From positions 26,846,001-26,910,000 of the forward strand of contig CM060732.1 of assembly GCA_030704615.1 (NCBI GenBank): 64,000 nucleotides of DNA, in the 5' to 3' direction. How positions within the stretch are numbered: the first letter of the stretch is position 1; each line of letters starts with the position of its first letter. A program made the translations under genes and the position numbers. This document shows positions 11,087-22,699 of this stretch, piece after piece. Origin of the DNA: Takakia lepidozioides. Taxonomy: Eukaryota > Plantae > Bryophyta. The notes under the pieces are model-generated. The model searched no databases and was not told where the DNA came from. It saw only the letters and a list, made by a program, of their open reading frames with translations.

Positions 11087-13343
11087 ATGAGTGATGAAAG
11101 AGAAGCTAGACTCCAGAGATATTCAGCAAAAAGAGAAAGTTATTTGAAAGCTAATTATCCATACCTTTGGGAGAGAGGAATAGACATTGGGGAATCATCT
11201 GGACCTCTCACACCATTGAGATCAGGGAGTACATCACCCATGCCAGAAGAGTTAGAGTTGGATACTACACCTTCCTTTTCTTTGCAAGAAAGATTAAGGG
11301 ATTTGGCAGGGGAAGAAGATCAAACACGAGGTGAAAGATCTGAGGTGCATCCCTGGATAAAAGATTTAACAGAAATCTTTGATAAGAGTTGGCATGGAAC
11401 ACCAAGAGCAGGAACTCCAGTTTCTGAAACTGAAGAGGAGGTGGCAGAGCCAACGGAGAGTTCAAACTCTCCAACACTATTACAAAACAGTTACATGAGT
11501 GAAGAAGAAGAAGCCGAAGGGCAGAACTTGGAAGATGAAAACAGAGAGAAGAAATTGGAAGATGAGGAGTATGAAGAAGTAGACCCAGCAACTGAGGTTG
11601 AGACTACAACTAGGACATCCCAACCCGTTGGACCTGGATCAAGTGGAGCACTTGGATCACAGGCCAACGAAGGTGTCGGCTCAGAGGGATCAGGCGGAAG
11701 ACCTGGATCTGGCTCTGGGGGGACAGGGAGTGTGGAAAGTAGTGCAACTGAGGCTGGGAATACTGTGAATATAGTAAGGCCAGGAGCAGGAAGTGCTCAG
11801 GGGCCAGTACTTGGTGGAAGAACCACCACAACTACTAGAGGTCCTCGAGGACCAGTATCAACCAAAGGGCCAACACCTGCAGGAGGGCAGGGGGTAGGGC
11901 CACAGATGGCGTTACAACCAACACGGGCAAAACCACCTTTTCCAATATATTCAGGAAAAGGGGATCCTGATGTACACATTAGCCAATACAAGCACATGTG
12001 TATAGTGAACAATGAGAATGGCGATGATGCCAAGATGAGACTGTTTCCGTGTTCACTTATAAAGAAAGCCAGTGAATGGTATGCAAGATTCCCTGATAAT
12101 CATTTCCTAACCTGGAATGGCTTGAGTATAGCGATCCGAAATAGGTTCAGGACCAGTAAAACTGAGGATGAAGTGTATGGAAGTTTACAACAGTTGAAGC
12201 AAAAGAAGCATGAAACTGTTGAAGAGTATATGGAGAAGATAGAGCTGATGATGAAAAAGCTGGCAGCTGTACCAGCACCAGGGCTACAGAAGGCTTGGTT
12301 TGTGAATGGACTAAGACCAGAGCTGCAAAAGAAAGTGGACATGTTACCCCACAATACAGTGGAGGAGGCATTTGAAACAGCAAACAGAATTGAGCAATTG
12401 GGAATGCTCAGGAGAGAGAAAAGAGATGAAGAAGACTCAGAGGATGAGTCAGATGAGGAAGAAGAATTGGAATAGAAGAGGAAGAGTAAAAAGAAGGAAA
12501 AGTTGAAGAGAGAAAATTATGAGAAAAGATTAGAAGAAATCTTGAAAAAATATGTGTAAAGGCCACACCACCACTGAATGCCACATGAAGGAGAAACACT
12601 GCACTATCTGTAAAATGGATAACCATTCTACTGAGAATTGTTACTACAACAGAAGGATAGCAGCAAGAGAACCTAGACAAGTAAGGGTGCATCAAGTGCA
12701 GCCCCAGCCAAGAAGAAACAATGATCAGGACTACTATGGTAGGCCCGGTGGTTATAACAATGGCATGGAAAGGAGAGGTAATCCAAGAGGGAATTACCAA
12801 GGAAATCCCAGAGGCAACTATCAGGGTAATTATAGGGGAAATTACCAGCCAGGGAATCAGGATTACAGAAATAATCCCAGAACAAACCAAGGGCGAGGAC
12901 CTAATGGAGAAGAACTGTGTTACTATTGTAATCAGGCAGGACATCGCAAGGCGGCTTGTCCATTCTGGATCAGACATCAAAATGAGATGAGAGCTCCTGT
13001 GAATGAGGGGCCAGTAGTGGCAGCCCACATGGTTAGGCCATGTGTTGTACCAGAAGTAAGTACAATGATAGTAACCAGAAGCAAAGCCAAATTAATACCT
13101 CCAGTGGAAGAGGAAGTGGATGATAATGAAGATGGCAGTGATGTGCCTAAAGATGATGAGGCTTGGGGAGATGAGAAAGAACTGCATAAAGAAGTGGCGG
13201 ATACCATAAGGGAAATGCAGAAGAGTACTGATATTCCTATGGCAGATTCCTCAGACTCTGAAAAGAAGAAGAAGTCAGTGAGGAAGAAGGAAAGAAGGAA
13301 GCTGCAGAAGTGCAGGGTAGGGAAGGGACTTTGGCTGAAGTGA
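11087..13343 (+). pseudogene. Gag (retrotrans_gag core plus CCHC zinc knuckles), broken by stop/frameshifts near 12475-12550
   Basis: FPIYSGKGDPDVHI...LFPCSLIKKASEWY...LKQKKHETVEEY...FVNGLRPEL; CTICKMDNHSTENC and CYYCNQAGHRKAAC knuckles. Confidence 0.9.
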
Positions 13344-16300
13344 TATGCCAGTCCAAAGTGGAAATTACCATTGGACAGCTATTGGCTGTGGCACCTTATT
13401 GTAGACACAGGCTGTACCAAGCAATCAATAGGATTGTCCATGTGACAGAGAATACAGGCCTGAACAACAAGGTGACCAGTTATAATGTGAAGCCAGAAGG
13501 GCAAGAAGCGGTCATGGACTTTGATGATTCTATGCCAGTAATCCAATTGAGAATTGGAAGCACAGAGATAACTGATGTTCTGATAGATGGAGGCTCTGGA
13601 GTGAATATCATGACAGACCAATTGAGACAGAAGCTTGGTCTAAATAACATGAAACCAGCCCCATTTACAGTAACAATGGCAGATCAAAGGAGTGTTCAGC
13701 CATTGGGATTGATAAGAGGAGTTAGGATACAGATTCAAAAGATGATCTTTAAGATCACAGTAACTGTACTAAAAATGGATGAAGTCATGGAAGCTTATTC
13801 CTTATTGCTGGGTCGACCATGGCTGAAACAGGCCAGGGTATCCCATGACTGGAATTCACAGTTACTAACTGTGCAGGATGGGTTGCACAAGATACAAATC
13901 ACCACTCAGAAATCTAAAAGACTATCGGCTACAAGAAGACCAAGAGGAGTCAGAGAGTATGATTGGAAAGAAGGACTGGATGAGGAGCAGGAAGCTACTT
14001 TGTTCGCTGTACACCCAGAGTGGGAGCAGGTTGCAGAGATGCAATTGGAAGGCCTCAGTTATTTTAAAAATATCTGTTGTGGAGTAGTGACAGCAACACC
14101 AATGGAGGGGGAACCGAGCAGTTACCCACCACATTTCTATGAAGAAAAAGAGGGAGAGATGGAAATCCTAGAGGAACCAGCCACTATAAGTTTACAGGAT
14201 GAAGTAGTGACTGGTTGTACAATCACAGCTGATGAGCAAGTGAGAGAAGTAAATGTGGGAACTGAGGAGAAACCAAGCATGGTGAAGGTAGAGGCGGATT
14301 TGGAGCCAGAATTCTTTGAGGAAGCTAAGAGTCTGTTCATCAAATACAGAGATGTATTTGCTTGGAGCTATGAGGATCTGAAAGGGATACCACCTGAGAT
14401 CTGTCAACATAAAATTGAACTGGAACCAGGTTCAGTACCAATCAAACAAGCAAGATACAGAATGAATCCCAACTATGCACAGAAGGTTGGAGAAGAGATC
14501 AAAAAGTTGGCGGAGGCTAAGTTTATATACCCGATAGAGTATACGACTTGGTTGTCACCCATTGTGATAGTTCCTAAGAAGAATGGGAAACTAAGAGTTT
14601 GTGTGAACTACAAGAAGCTGAATGCTTGTACGAAGAAAGATCCTTTCCCTTTACCATTCACAGAAGCAGTATTGGACACTGTGGCAGGCCATGAGATGTA
14701 CTCATTCATGGATGGCTTCAGTGGATATAATCTAGTGCAAGTGGCAGAAGAAGACCAAGGAAAAAGAGCTTTCATCACAGACTGGGGTGCTTATGCATAC
14801 AAAGTCATGCCTTTTGGACTTTGTAATGCACCAGCAACTTTTCAGAGAGTGATAAGTGAATCCTTTCAGGAGTATCTGGATGACTTCATGCAGGTGTTCT
14901 TGGATGATTTCAGTGTGTACAGCTCTAAAAGTGAGCACTTGCATAAATTAGAGTTATGTTTGGCCAGATGTAGGATGAGAGGTCTGGGCCTGAATCCAGA
15001 GAAGTGTACTTTCTGTGTGAACTCTGGGGTGCTGTTGGGACACATTGTGTGCAAGAAGGGACTTCTTGTGGATCCCAGAAAGATAGAGGCCATTAAAGCC
15101 TCTCCACCCCCAGTAAATGCTAAGAGTCTAAGGAGATTCCTGGGACAAACCAGCTATTACGGAAGATTTGTCAGACGGTATGCACAGATAGCAGCACCAT
15201 TGAGCAAACTTCTGAAGAAAGATGCAGTGTTTGCATGGACACCTGAATGTCAACAGGCTTTTGAGGAACTTACATTGTCAGTAACAACTACACCTGTGCT
15301 GATTAATCCTCGCTGGCAGGAAATATTTCATGTTCACTGTGATGCTTCAGGAGAAGCACTGGGAGCAGTGTTAGCCCAAAATGTTACAGGAAGGATAGAT
15401 TCACCTGTGTACTATGCTAGCCGATTGATGAACAATGCTGAAAGAAATTATAGCACAACAGAAAGAGAAGCATTGGCAATGATCTATGCAGTGAAGAAAT
15501 TCAGGCATTACCTGTTGGGCAAGAAGTTTATGTTCTATGTGGATCACCAGACTCTGATATACCTGGTAAACAAACCTCTGATAAGCGGAAGAATAGCAAG
15601 ATGGTTGATAATCTTGCACGAGTTTGAGTTCGAGGTTGTTTACAAGCCTGGGAGGCTGCATCTTGTGGCGGATCACTTGTCACGGTTATCAACAGGAGAA
15701 CCAGCCATGGGAGTAGATGATCAATTACCAGATGCGAGTCTATTTGCAGTGGAGGTGCAGGGAAGTGCAGATGACTGGTTAGATTGGCAGTGGCCAATTA
15801 GATACTACCTTGCTCATGGTCAGTGCCCACCAAGTTATGGAAAGGAGCTAAGAAAGAGAATTGCTATCAAGGCTCTACCTTACACTATGGTAGGGAGCAG
15901 AATGTATAAGCTAGGACCAGATGGAGTGATGAAGCGATGCTTATACCACCATGAAGTTAATAAAGTTTTGGAGGAAGTTCATAAAGGAGTGGCAGGAGGT
16001 CATTTTGGAGAAGAGACTACCAGTAGGAAGATACTACTTGCCGGTTACTGGTGGCCTACTTTGTTCAAGGATGTACACGAGTATTGTAAAACTTGTGATG
16101 AGTATCAGAGGCTAGGACCATTGCAAAGATTTGGAAAGATGGCTTTGCATCCTACAATGCCTACTGAACCATTTCAGAAATGGGGACTGGATTTTGTTGG
16201 ACCAATAAACCCACCAGCCAAGAATACACATAACAAGTATATAATCACGGCCACTGATTATACTACGAAGTGGGTGGAAGCTACAGCTCTGAGGGACAAC

Positions 16301-17191
16301 ACAGCTAAGTCCACAGCCAGGTTCCTGTATGAGAACATACTTACAAGATTTGGCTGTCCCCTGGAATTTATCAGTGACCAAGGAAGTCACTTCATCAATG
16401 AGACTATAGAACTTTTGACTAAGGAGTTCATGATTGTGCATAAGAAGAGCACAATCTATTACCCACAAGGTAATGGACAGGCAGAGGCTACCAACAAAAT
16501 ACTATGTACTATCTTGGCTAAGATAGTCAATGTGAACAGAACAGATTGGGATACAAAGTTGTTGACAACTTTGTGGTCATACAAGACTTCATATAAAGTC
16601 ACCACTAAGTATACACCATTCCAATTAGTTTATGGTATGGAAGCTTTACTTCCAGTGGAGTTTTTGTTACCTACCATGAGAACTGAATGGGGAAGAAGAA
16701 TGGAATTGGAAGATTCAATTAAGGTCAGGAAACATGAATTATACCATGTGGAAGACGTACGAGCTGATGCAGTTGACAACATGACCGGAATTCAGAGGAA
16801 AAGGAAGGATCAGTTTGATGAAGGGAAGTTGAAGACTTTTAAAACATGAGATTTGGTTTTGTGGTTACAAAAGAAGGGAAAGATTAAAGCTTCTAAGCTT
16901 AAATTGCCATGGAAGGGACCTTATGTCATACAAAAGATGTATGATAACAACACGGCCATGTTACAAACCATTAACAAAGAGATGCTGGGGAGAGTCAATG
17001 CCAACAAGTTGAAAGGATACAGTGGTATCCATGACAAACCATTGAGGCACGATTTGCATATAGAAACACAGGAACAGTCAGGGGCTACCCCAGTAATACC
17101 AACGGAACACGAAGTACTTGTTGTAACACCAATTGTGTATGGTCTGAGCAAAGAACACAGGTGTTTGAACATCTATCACAGTCCAACATAG
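13310..17191 (+). pseudogene. Pol: aspartic protease, RT, RNase H, integrase (stop at 16847 before the GPY motif)
   Basis: VLIDGGSG; MPFGLCNAPATFQR and FLDD; HCDASG...ERNYSTTEREALA; H-H-C zinc region, WGLDFVGP, SDQGSHF, GQAEATNK; WKGPY. Confidence 0.95.
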
Positions 17192-17390
17192 GATCACACA
17201 GCCTATCACAGCCCAACACAGGGTCACACAGCCTATCACAGCCCAACACAGGGTCACACAGCCTATCACAGCTCAACACAGGGTCTCACAGCCTATCACA
17301 GCCAGCACAGTGTCACACAGTCGCACACAGCCTAACACAGTGTGACACAGCCTGTCACAGTCTAACACAGCCTACCAGAATTACACAGTC
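17174..17390. repeat. CACAGCC-core tandem array with a 30-bp higher-order unit (ctatcacagcccaacacagggtcacacagc x~4)
   Basis: Directly visible between the integrase end and the 3' ORF. Confidence 0.9.
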
Positions 17391-17868
17391 CATAAGAACA
17401 GTGACAGGTGGACGCAGGATAACTTCAGGGAAATGGCCGGCGGAAGAAAGGACGGAAACCAGTTTAGAAATGGACACGTGGAAGTCAGGGCGCGACACAC
17501 AGCTGAGAAGGAAGTGCAAGAACAGGTGTCATCAAGAAAGAGGACAAGAGTGGCCGTCAAAGTACCTACTTAGCACGTCAATTCGGATGAATGGCGGGCC
17601 CATTAATGAATACGGAAAAACGGTAACGGAACAAACGGCAAGTACAAAAAAGCAAAATTCTTGTCACATGTGTTATCCTAGTGGACAGTCCAGCAGGGAA
17701 AGTCCACTAAAGAAAATTAAATCTAAAATCCAGTCACAGCGGTTACAGCCAATCATAAGCCAGAAGCAGGATCAAGAAATTGGAGGGATTTTAAGCGCAA
17801 AAGTCGGCGTCGTTCCAAGTAACGGGCGTCTCGACGGGACAGACCATCAATGCTATAGCTTTGAAGCT

Positions 17869-18813
17869 ATGGAGGAACTAACAGACTATACGCTCGCAAT
17901 ATTACTTACGCAGTGGCATAGGGACGGAAGAACAGAGCGTATCTTCTCTCTTAATCGTTGCTTGCAAGCCCCACAGGCTTACAAGAAATTACCCATAGCA
18001 TTTTGTAACAACCATACGTTTATGCTTTGTGCCCTGCAGGCATTTCTTCAATTGTTACAGCCAAAACCTTTCTGTGGGTCTACAATGAAGAGAGTGAGAG
18101 GAATGGAAGAAATCAGGGTGAAGAGCACCACAATCCTGCAGAAACAAACGATTGCTACTCCACAGGCGGTACAGTTACTGAAGGAGCTGCGATTAGAAGG
18201 ATTGCAAAGCAAAGATTGGACATTGCACCATAGGCAGTACATGTTACAATTCTTGCAGAACTTTGAGCCTATGACAGGAGCAACAACGGTGAAGGAAGTT
18301 GAATTAGAAGTTACTCCCCTATACCTACAGCAATTGTTTGAATTGCCATCAGGTCAGGTGCATGTGGAGGAGCACAGGGCAAGACTGCAAATAGGGGACT
18401 TATTCCAAGAAGGGAGTTTCTTTAAAACTCAGGGTTATGCTTGTACCAAGGCCGTGTACCCAGGGCTAAGGGAGGTAGGCCAGATACTGAACGTTGTGTT
18501 TGCCATGAAACAGAACCAACAGTACTTGAGCAGATCCTTCACAGAGGAAATACTCAAAGCCCTGAGAGGAGAAGAGGTAGCATGGGCGGATATAATGTAC
18601 AACGGACTGGTAGAGGAGATGAAGAGATTACAAGGCACTGCCGCAAAGTCTCCTATCATAGTGTCTGGGCTAATCATTGCACAAATTATTCTAGACTCGT
18701 GCATACTTGATGCGAGAGAAAGGAAGGAGATGAGAGTGTTTGAGACAGCAACCACTGCCATAGAAGAGCAAGGTTCTTCACAGGGTGAAGGGGGATTGGC
18801 ATCAACAGCCTAA
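17869..18813 (+). CDS. Extra sense ORF downstream of pol, resembling plant retrotransposon accessory proteins (Transposase_32/PMD-like)
   Basis: MLQFLQNFEP...TTVKEVELEVTPLYLQQLFELPSG and LRGEEVAWADIMYNGL resemble the 'VREFYAN...VRG..I..TP..I...L.LP' and 'G..INWA' patterns. The frame continues, broken, to ~19110. Confidence 0.55.
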   Translation: MEELTDYTLAILLTQWHRDGRTERIFSLNRCLQAPQAYKKLPIAFCNNHTFMLCALQAFLQLLQPKPFCGSTMKRVRGMEEIRVKSTTILQKQTIATPQAVQLLKELRLEGLQSKDWTLHHRQYMLQFLQNFEPMTGATTVKEVELEVTPLYLQQLFELPSGQVHVEEHRARLQIGDLFQEGSFFKTQGYACTKAVYPGLREVGQILNVVFAMKQNQQYLSRSFTEEILKALRGEEVAWADIMYNGLVEEMKRLQGTAAKSPIIVSGLIIAQIILDSCILDARERKEMRVFETATTAIEEQGSSQGEGGLASTA

Positions 18814-19109
18814 GAGGCAGAGGAAAGGGATCACATTAGAAGCATAACCATTGGCTACGAGACAGACAGAGGAAGAAGTTACTCATACTCTTGTGCAAGA
18901 GGGGGCACAGCAGCACAGAGAAATGTGGGTACAGACAACGCAACCTGTGGAGAGAGACAGGAGGCTTCAGTATCACAGCCATCATAGCCAGATGATCGGC
19001 TTGTCACAGAGTTACCACAAATTGTCCATGCAGTTCCACCACAAATAATTGATTTGGAGAAAGAAGGGTTAGATATCCCCACTACAGAACAGGTGGTGGC
19101 AGAAATTGA

Positions 19110-21030
19110 AAAGGGGGACCTTCATCAAAGCTGGAATTGTGCCAAATGTCAATCTGAACACTGCCCTGGCAGCTTTGGAAAAGGGGAAAGAGGTCCATGG
19201 CGTCATCTTCAGAGCTGGAATTGTATCAGATGTCATTATGAACAATACCCTAGTGAACATGTTTGCAAAATGTGGGTGCATCTAGGATGCAAAGGGAGTG
19301 TTTGACACTATGGCTGAACGAGATGTGGTGTCGTGGAGTGCGATGCTTGCAGGGTATGCACGGCAGGGATGTGGGATGGAGGCTTTGGAGAGCTATGAGC
19401 AGATGATGGGGGAAGCACATCATGTTTGTGTGCATTTGCAATGTGCGTGCAAGCCTGGCAGCCCTGGAGAAGGGCAAGAGGTGCATAGGGATATCATCAA
19501 AGCTGGAATTGTGCCAAATGTCAATCGAACACTGATGGCGACATCTTCAGAGCTGGAATTGTACCAAATGTCATTCTGAACCATACCGTGGTGGACATGT
19601 TTGCAAAATGTGGGTGCAAAGGGATCTAGGATCTAGGATGCAAAGGGAGTGTTCGACACTATGGCTGAACGAGATGTGGTGACGTGGAGTGCGATGCTTG
19701 CAAGGTATGCACGGCAGGGACGTGGGATGGATGCTTTGGAGAGCTATGAGCAAAGGATGGGGGAAACACATCATGTTTGTGTGCATTTGCAATGTGCGTG
19801 CAAGCTTGGCAGCCCTGGAGAAGGGCAAGAGGTGCATGGGGATATCATCAAAGCTGGAATTGTGCCAAATGTCAATTTGAACACTGCCCTAGCAGCTTTG
19901 GAAAAGGGGAAAGAGGTCCATGGCGACATCTTTAGAGTTGGAATTGTACCCTGGTGAACATGTTTGCAAAATGTGGGTGCATCTAGGATGCAAAGGGAGC
20001 GTTCGACACTATGGCTGAAAAGAGATGTGGTGTCGTGGAGTGCAATGCTTGCAGGGTATGCACGGCAGGGACGTGGGATGGAGGCTTTGGAGAGCTATGA
20101 GCAAATGATGGGGGAAGCACATCATGTTTGTGTGCATTCGCAATGCTTGTGCAAGCCTGACAGCCGACCTGGAGAAGGGCAAGAGGTGCATGGGGATATC
20201 ATCAAAGCTGGAATTGTGCCAAATGTCAATTTGAACACTGCCTTGGCAGCTTAGGGGAAAGAGGTGCATGGCGACATCTTCAGAGTTATTATTGTACTAG
20301 ATGTCATTATGAACAAAACCCTGGTGAACATGTTTGCAAAATGTGGGTGCATCTAGGATGCAAAGGGAGTGTTCGACACTATGGCTGAATGACATGTGGT
20401 GTCGTGGAGTGCGATGCTCGCATGGTATGCACGGCAGGGACGTGGGATGGAGGCTTTGGAGAGCTATGAGCAAATGATGGGGGAAGCACATCATGTTTGT
20501 GTGCATTTGCAATGCTTGTGCAAGCCTGGCAGGCGGCCTGGAGAAGGGCAAAGAGGTGCATGGGGATATCATCAAAGCTGGAATGTACCAAATGTGAATC
20601 TGAACACTGCCCTGGCAGCTCTGGAAAAGGGGAAAGAGGTCCATGGCGACATCTTCAGAGCTGGAATTGTACCAAATGTCAGTCTGAACCATACCCTGGT
20701 GGACATGTATGCAAAATGAAGGGCAAGAGGTGCATGGGGATATCATCAAAGCTGGAATTGTGCCAAATGTCAATCTAAACACTGCCCTGGCAGCTTAGGG
20801 GAAAGAGGTCCATGGTGACATCTTCAGAGTTGGAATTGTACCAGATGTCATCCTGAACAAAACCCTGGTGAACATGTTTGCAAAATGTGGGTGCATCTAG
20901 GATGCAAAGGGAGTGTTCGATACTATGGCTGAACGAGATGTGGTGTCGTGGAGTGCGATGCTTGCATGGTATGCACGGCAGGGACGTGGGATGGAGGCTT
21001 TGGAGAGCTATGAGCAAATGATGGGGGAAG
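19110..21030 (+). pseudogene. Tandemly amplified PLS-class PPR pseudogene array (~5 units of ~350 bp)
   Basis: Repeated VFDTMAERDVVSWSAMLAGYARQG.GMEALESYEQM / LAALEKGKEVHGDIIKAGIVPNV.LN.ALV.MYAKCG starting at ~19298, 19649, 20001, 20369 and 20913, with many frameshifts. Confidence 0.9.
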
Positions 21031-21063
21031 GGGGGGCACCTTCTTCAATAGCACAATGGCTAC

Positions 21064-21290
21064 GAGTGGGTAGATGGTCAACTGGAAATAGCAATGGCAG
21101 CAACGCAATTGATAGAACAAGGCCCACTGCTAATGAAGGTACCTTCTTCAACATATTTCACCCTGAATTCCCCTGCTATCAGAGTTGTCCCTAAGTACCC
21201 AAAAACAGGTAACAGATATGAGAAGAAGCTGTGGGATGAATACTTTTCTGACCGCAGTAACGGGTGGGACAACCGAGGCAAAAAGGTGAA
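21064..21290 (+). pseudogene. PPR-associated module ending in half of an OSB-type PDF motif (copy 1)
   Basis: KLWDEYFSDRSNGWDNRGKK at 21226-21285; homologous to 22283-22600 and 59350-59525. Confidence 0.6.
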
Positions 21291-21329
21291 TGCCTGTCAG
21301 ATTACAGAGTGTAGCAGATGCAATTGACC

Positions 21330-21640
21330 ATAGGAACTAGTGTGATAAGTTGAGTTGGGTGCAATTGCACTCTCCCTTTCCTCTCTGCTTCTGTTTGCTA
21401 TTCAAAGGTAGGATTCCTGCCCTTAGTTTAAATTTCAGTCTGGTGCCGAGAGTGGGTAGACCCTTGAGGTCATCCATGATGTCCTCCCCCATGTCACAGA
21501 CTGGAAACAAGTCCAGGGAAGTTTTCTGCCTAACTTCATTTTCATCAGACAATTTTCTGGAAACGGACATGGCTTTGGACACTACAGCCTCTAAGTCAGT
21601 AGGGTTGGGGCATTTGCTAGAACAATTCTAAAAGGTGTTT
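21330..21640 (-). mobile_element. Non-LTR retrotransposon ORF2 C-terminal fragment
   Basis: KTSLDLF...LGTRLKFKLRAGILPLN...CNC resembles the post-RT zinc-finger region of LINE ORF2. Confidence 0.55.
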
Positions 21641-21644
21641 GTCA

Positions 21645-22255
21645 GATTACCAGATGTCATTCTGAACACTGCCCCTGCCCTGGTGGACATGTATGCCAAA
21701 TGTGGGTGCATCGAGGATGCCAAGGGAGTGTTCAACACTATGGCTGAACGAGATGTGGTGTCGTGGAGTGCGATGCTTGCGGGGTATGCACAGCAGGGGT
21801 GCGGGATGGAGGCTCCAACCTATGAGCAAATGATGGGGGAAGGGGTGAAGCCCGCCGACATAAGGTTTGTGTGTGTTTGCAGTGTGTCTGGCAGCCCTGG
21901 AAAAGGGCAAAGAGATCCCTAGTGACATGATCAAATCTGCAATTGTTCCAGATGTCATCCTAAACACTGCTCTAGTGGCCATGTATGCCAAATATGGTAG
22001 CATTGGGGATGCCAAGGGAGTGTTCAACACTATGGCTGAATGAGATGTGGTGTTGTGGAATGTGATGTTTGCAGGGTGTGCAGAGCAGGGGCGCTGTATG
22101 GGGCTTTGGAGACCTGAAAGCAAATGATGGGGGAAGGGGTGAAGTTCGACCACATCATGTTTGTGTGCGTTTGCAGTGCATGTGCAAGCCTGGCAGCCCT
22201 GGAAAAGGGCATCGGAGGTGCATGGTTGCATCACCAAAGCTGGAAATGTACCAGA
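21645..22255 (+). pseudogene. PLS-class PPR pseudogene (two S-P-L sets, retaining the GVK linker)
   Basis: ALVDMYAKCGCIEDAKGVFNTMAERDVVSWSAMLAGYAQQG...MMGEGVKP; MMGEGVKFDHIMFVCVCSACASLAALEKG. Confidence 0.9.
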
Positions 22256-22282
22256 TGGATCAATAACTACAAGAAACCTGCA

Positions 22283-22600
22283 TGGGTAGATGGTGACTGG
22301 TCAACTAGAAGCCGTAGTAGCAGCGGCACAATGATAAACTCAGGCACTGGTAATGAAAGCACCTTCTTCAACACATTTCACCCTGTTTTTCCCTCTTATC
22401 AGAATCGGCCCTAAATTTTCATGTTGAATTCTGCAAGTGAGCTGGTTGAGTGAACCTTTGATAGTTTGGAGCGACTTTGACATGGTACTGCCAATGTGAC
22501 AACAGGGAAGTATCCAAAAACAGATAACAACTGAGACGAGAAGTTGTGGAATGAATACTTTTCTGACCCCAGTCAATGGTGGGACAACCGAGGTAAAAAC
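22283..22600 (+). pseudogene. PPR-associated module with OSB-type PDF motif (copy 2)
   Basis: EKLWNEYFSDPSQWWDNRGK at ~22538-22597 matches the N-terminal half of the PDF motif (LWxxFFxxPxxWWDNR). Confidence 0.7.
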
Positions 22601-22699
22601 TTCATGAACTTAAGGCATGAGCAGCTGATTGTTTCATTTGCTTTGAGCCTGGTTCCGGAGATTTATCTCCAAACCTGCAATCTGCTTTTGTGATGAGTT

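Larger units (their letters stand above)
9610..19110 (+). mobile_element. Non-chromodomain Ty3/Gypsy LTR retrotransposon with extra 5' and 3' ORFs; 3' LTR missing
   Basis: TG start inside the MULE transposase, then LTR, ORF0, gag, PR-RT-RH-INT order and a 3' ORF. Ends abruptly in PPR-derived sequence. Confidence 0.9.

Noticed and set aside
13290-13345. Programmed -1 frameshift between gag and pol
   Set aside because: The gag start (11087) and pol (13310) are in the same frame and the intervening segment has other breaks, so mutational decay is the simpler explanation.
17869-18813. env-like (envelope) gene
   Set aside because: No signal peptide or clear transmembrane segment; it resembles soluble plant TE accessory domains instead.
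19110-21030. CRISPR-like or functional PPR gene interpretation of the regular repeats
   Set aside because: Units are ~350-bp degenerate PPR triplets with shared frameshifts; there are no short identical repeats with unique spacers and no continuous ORF.
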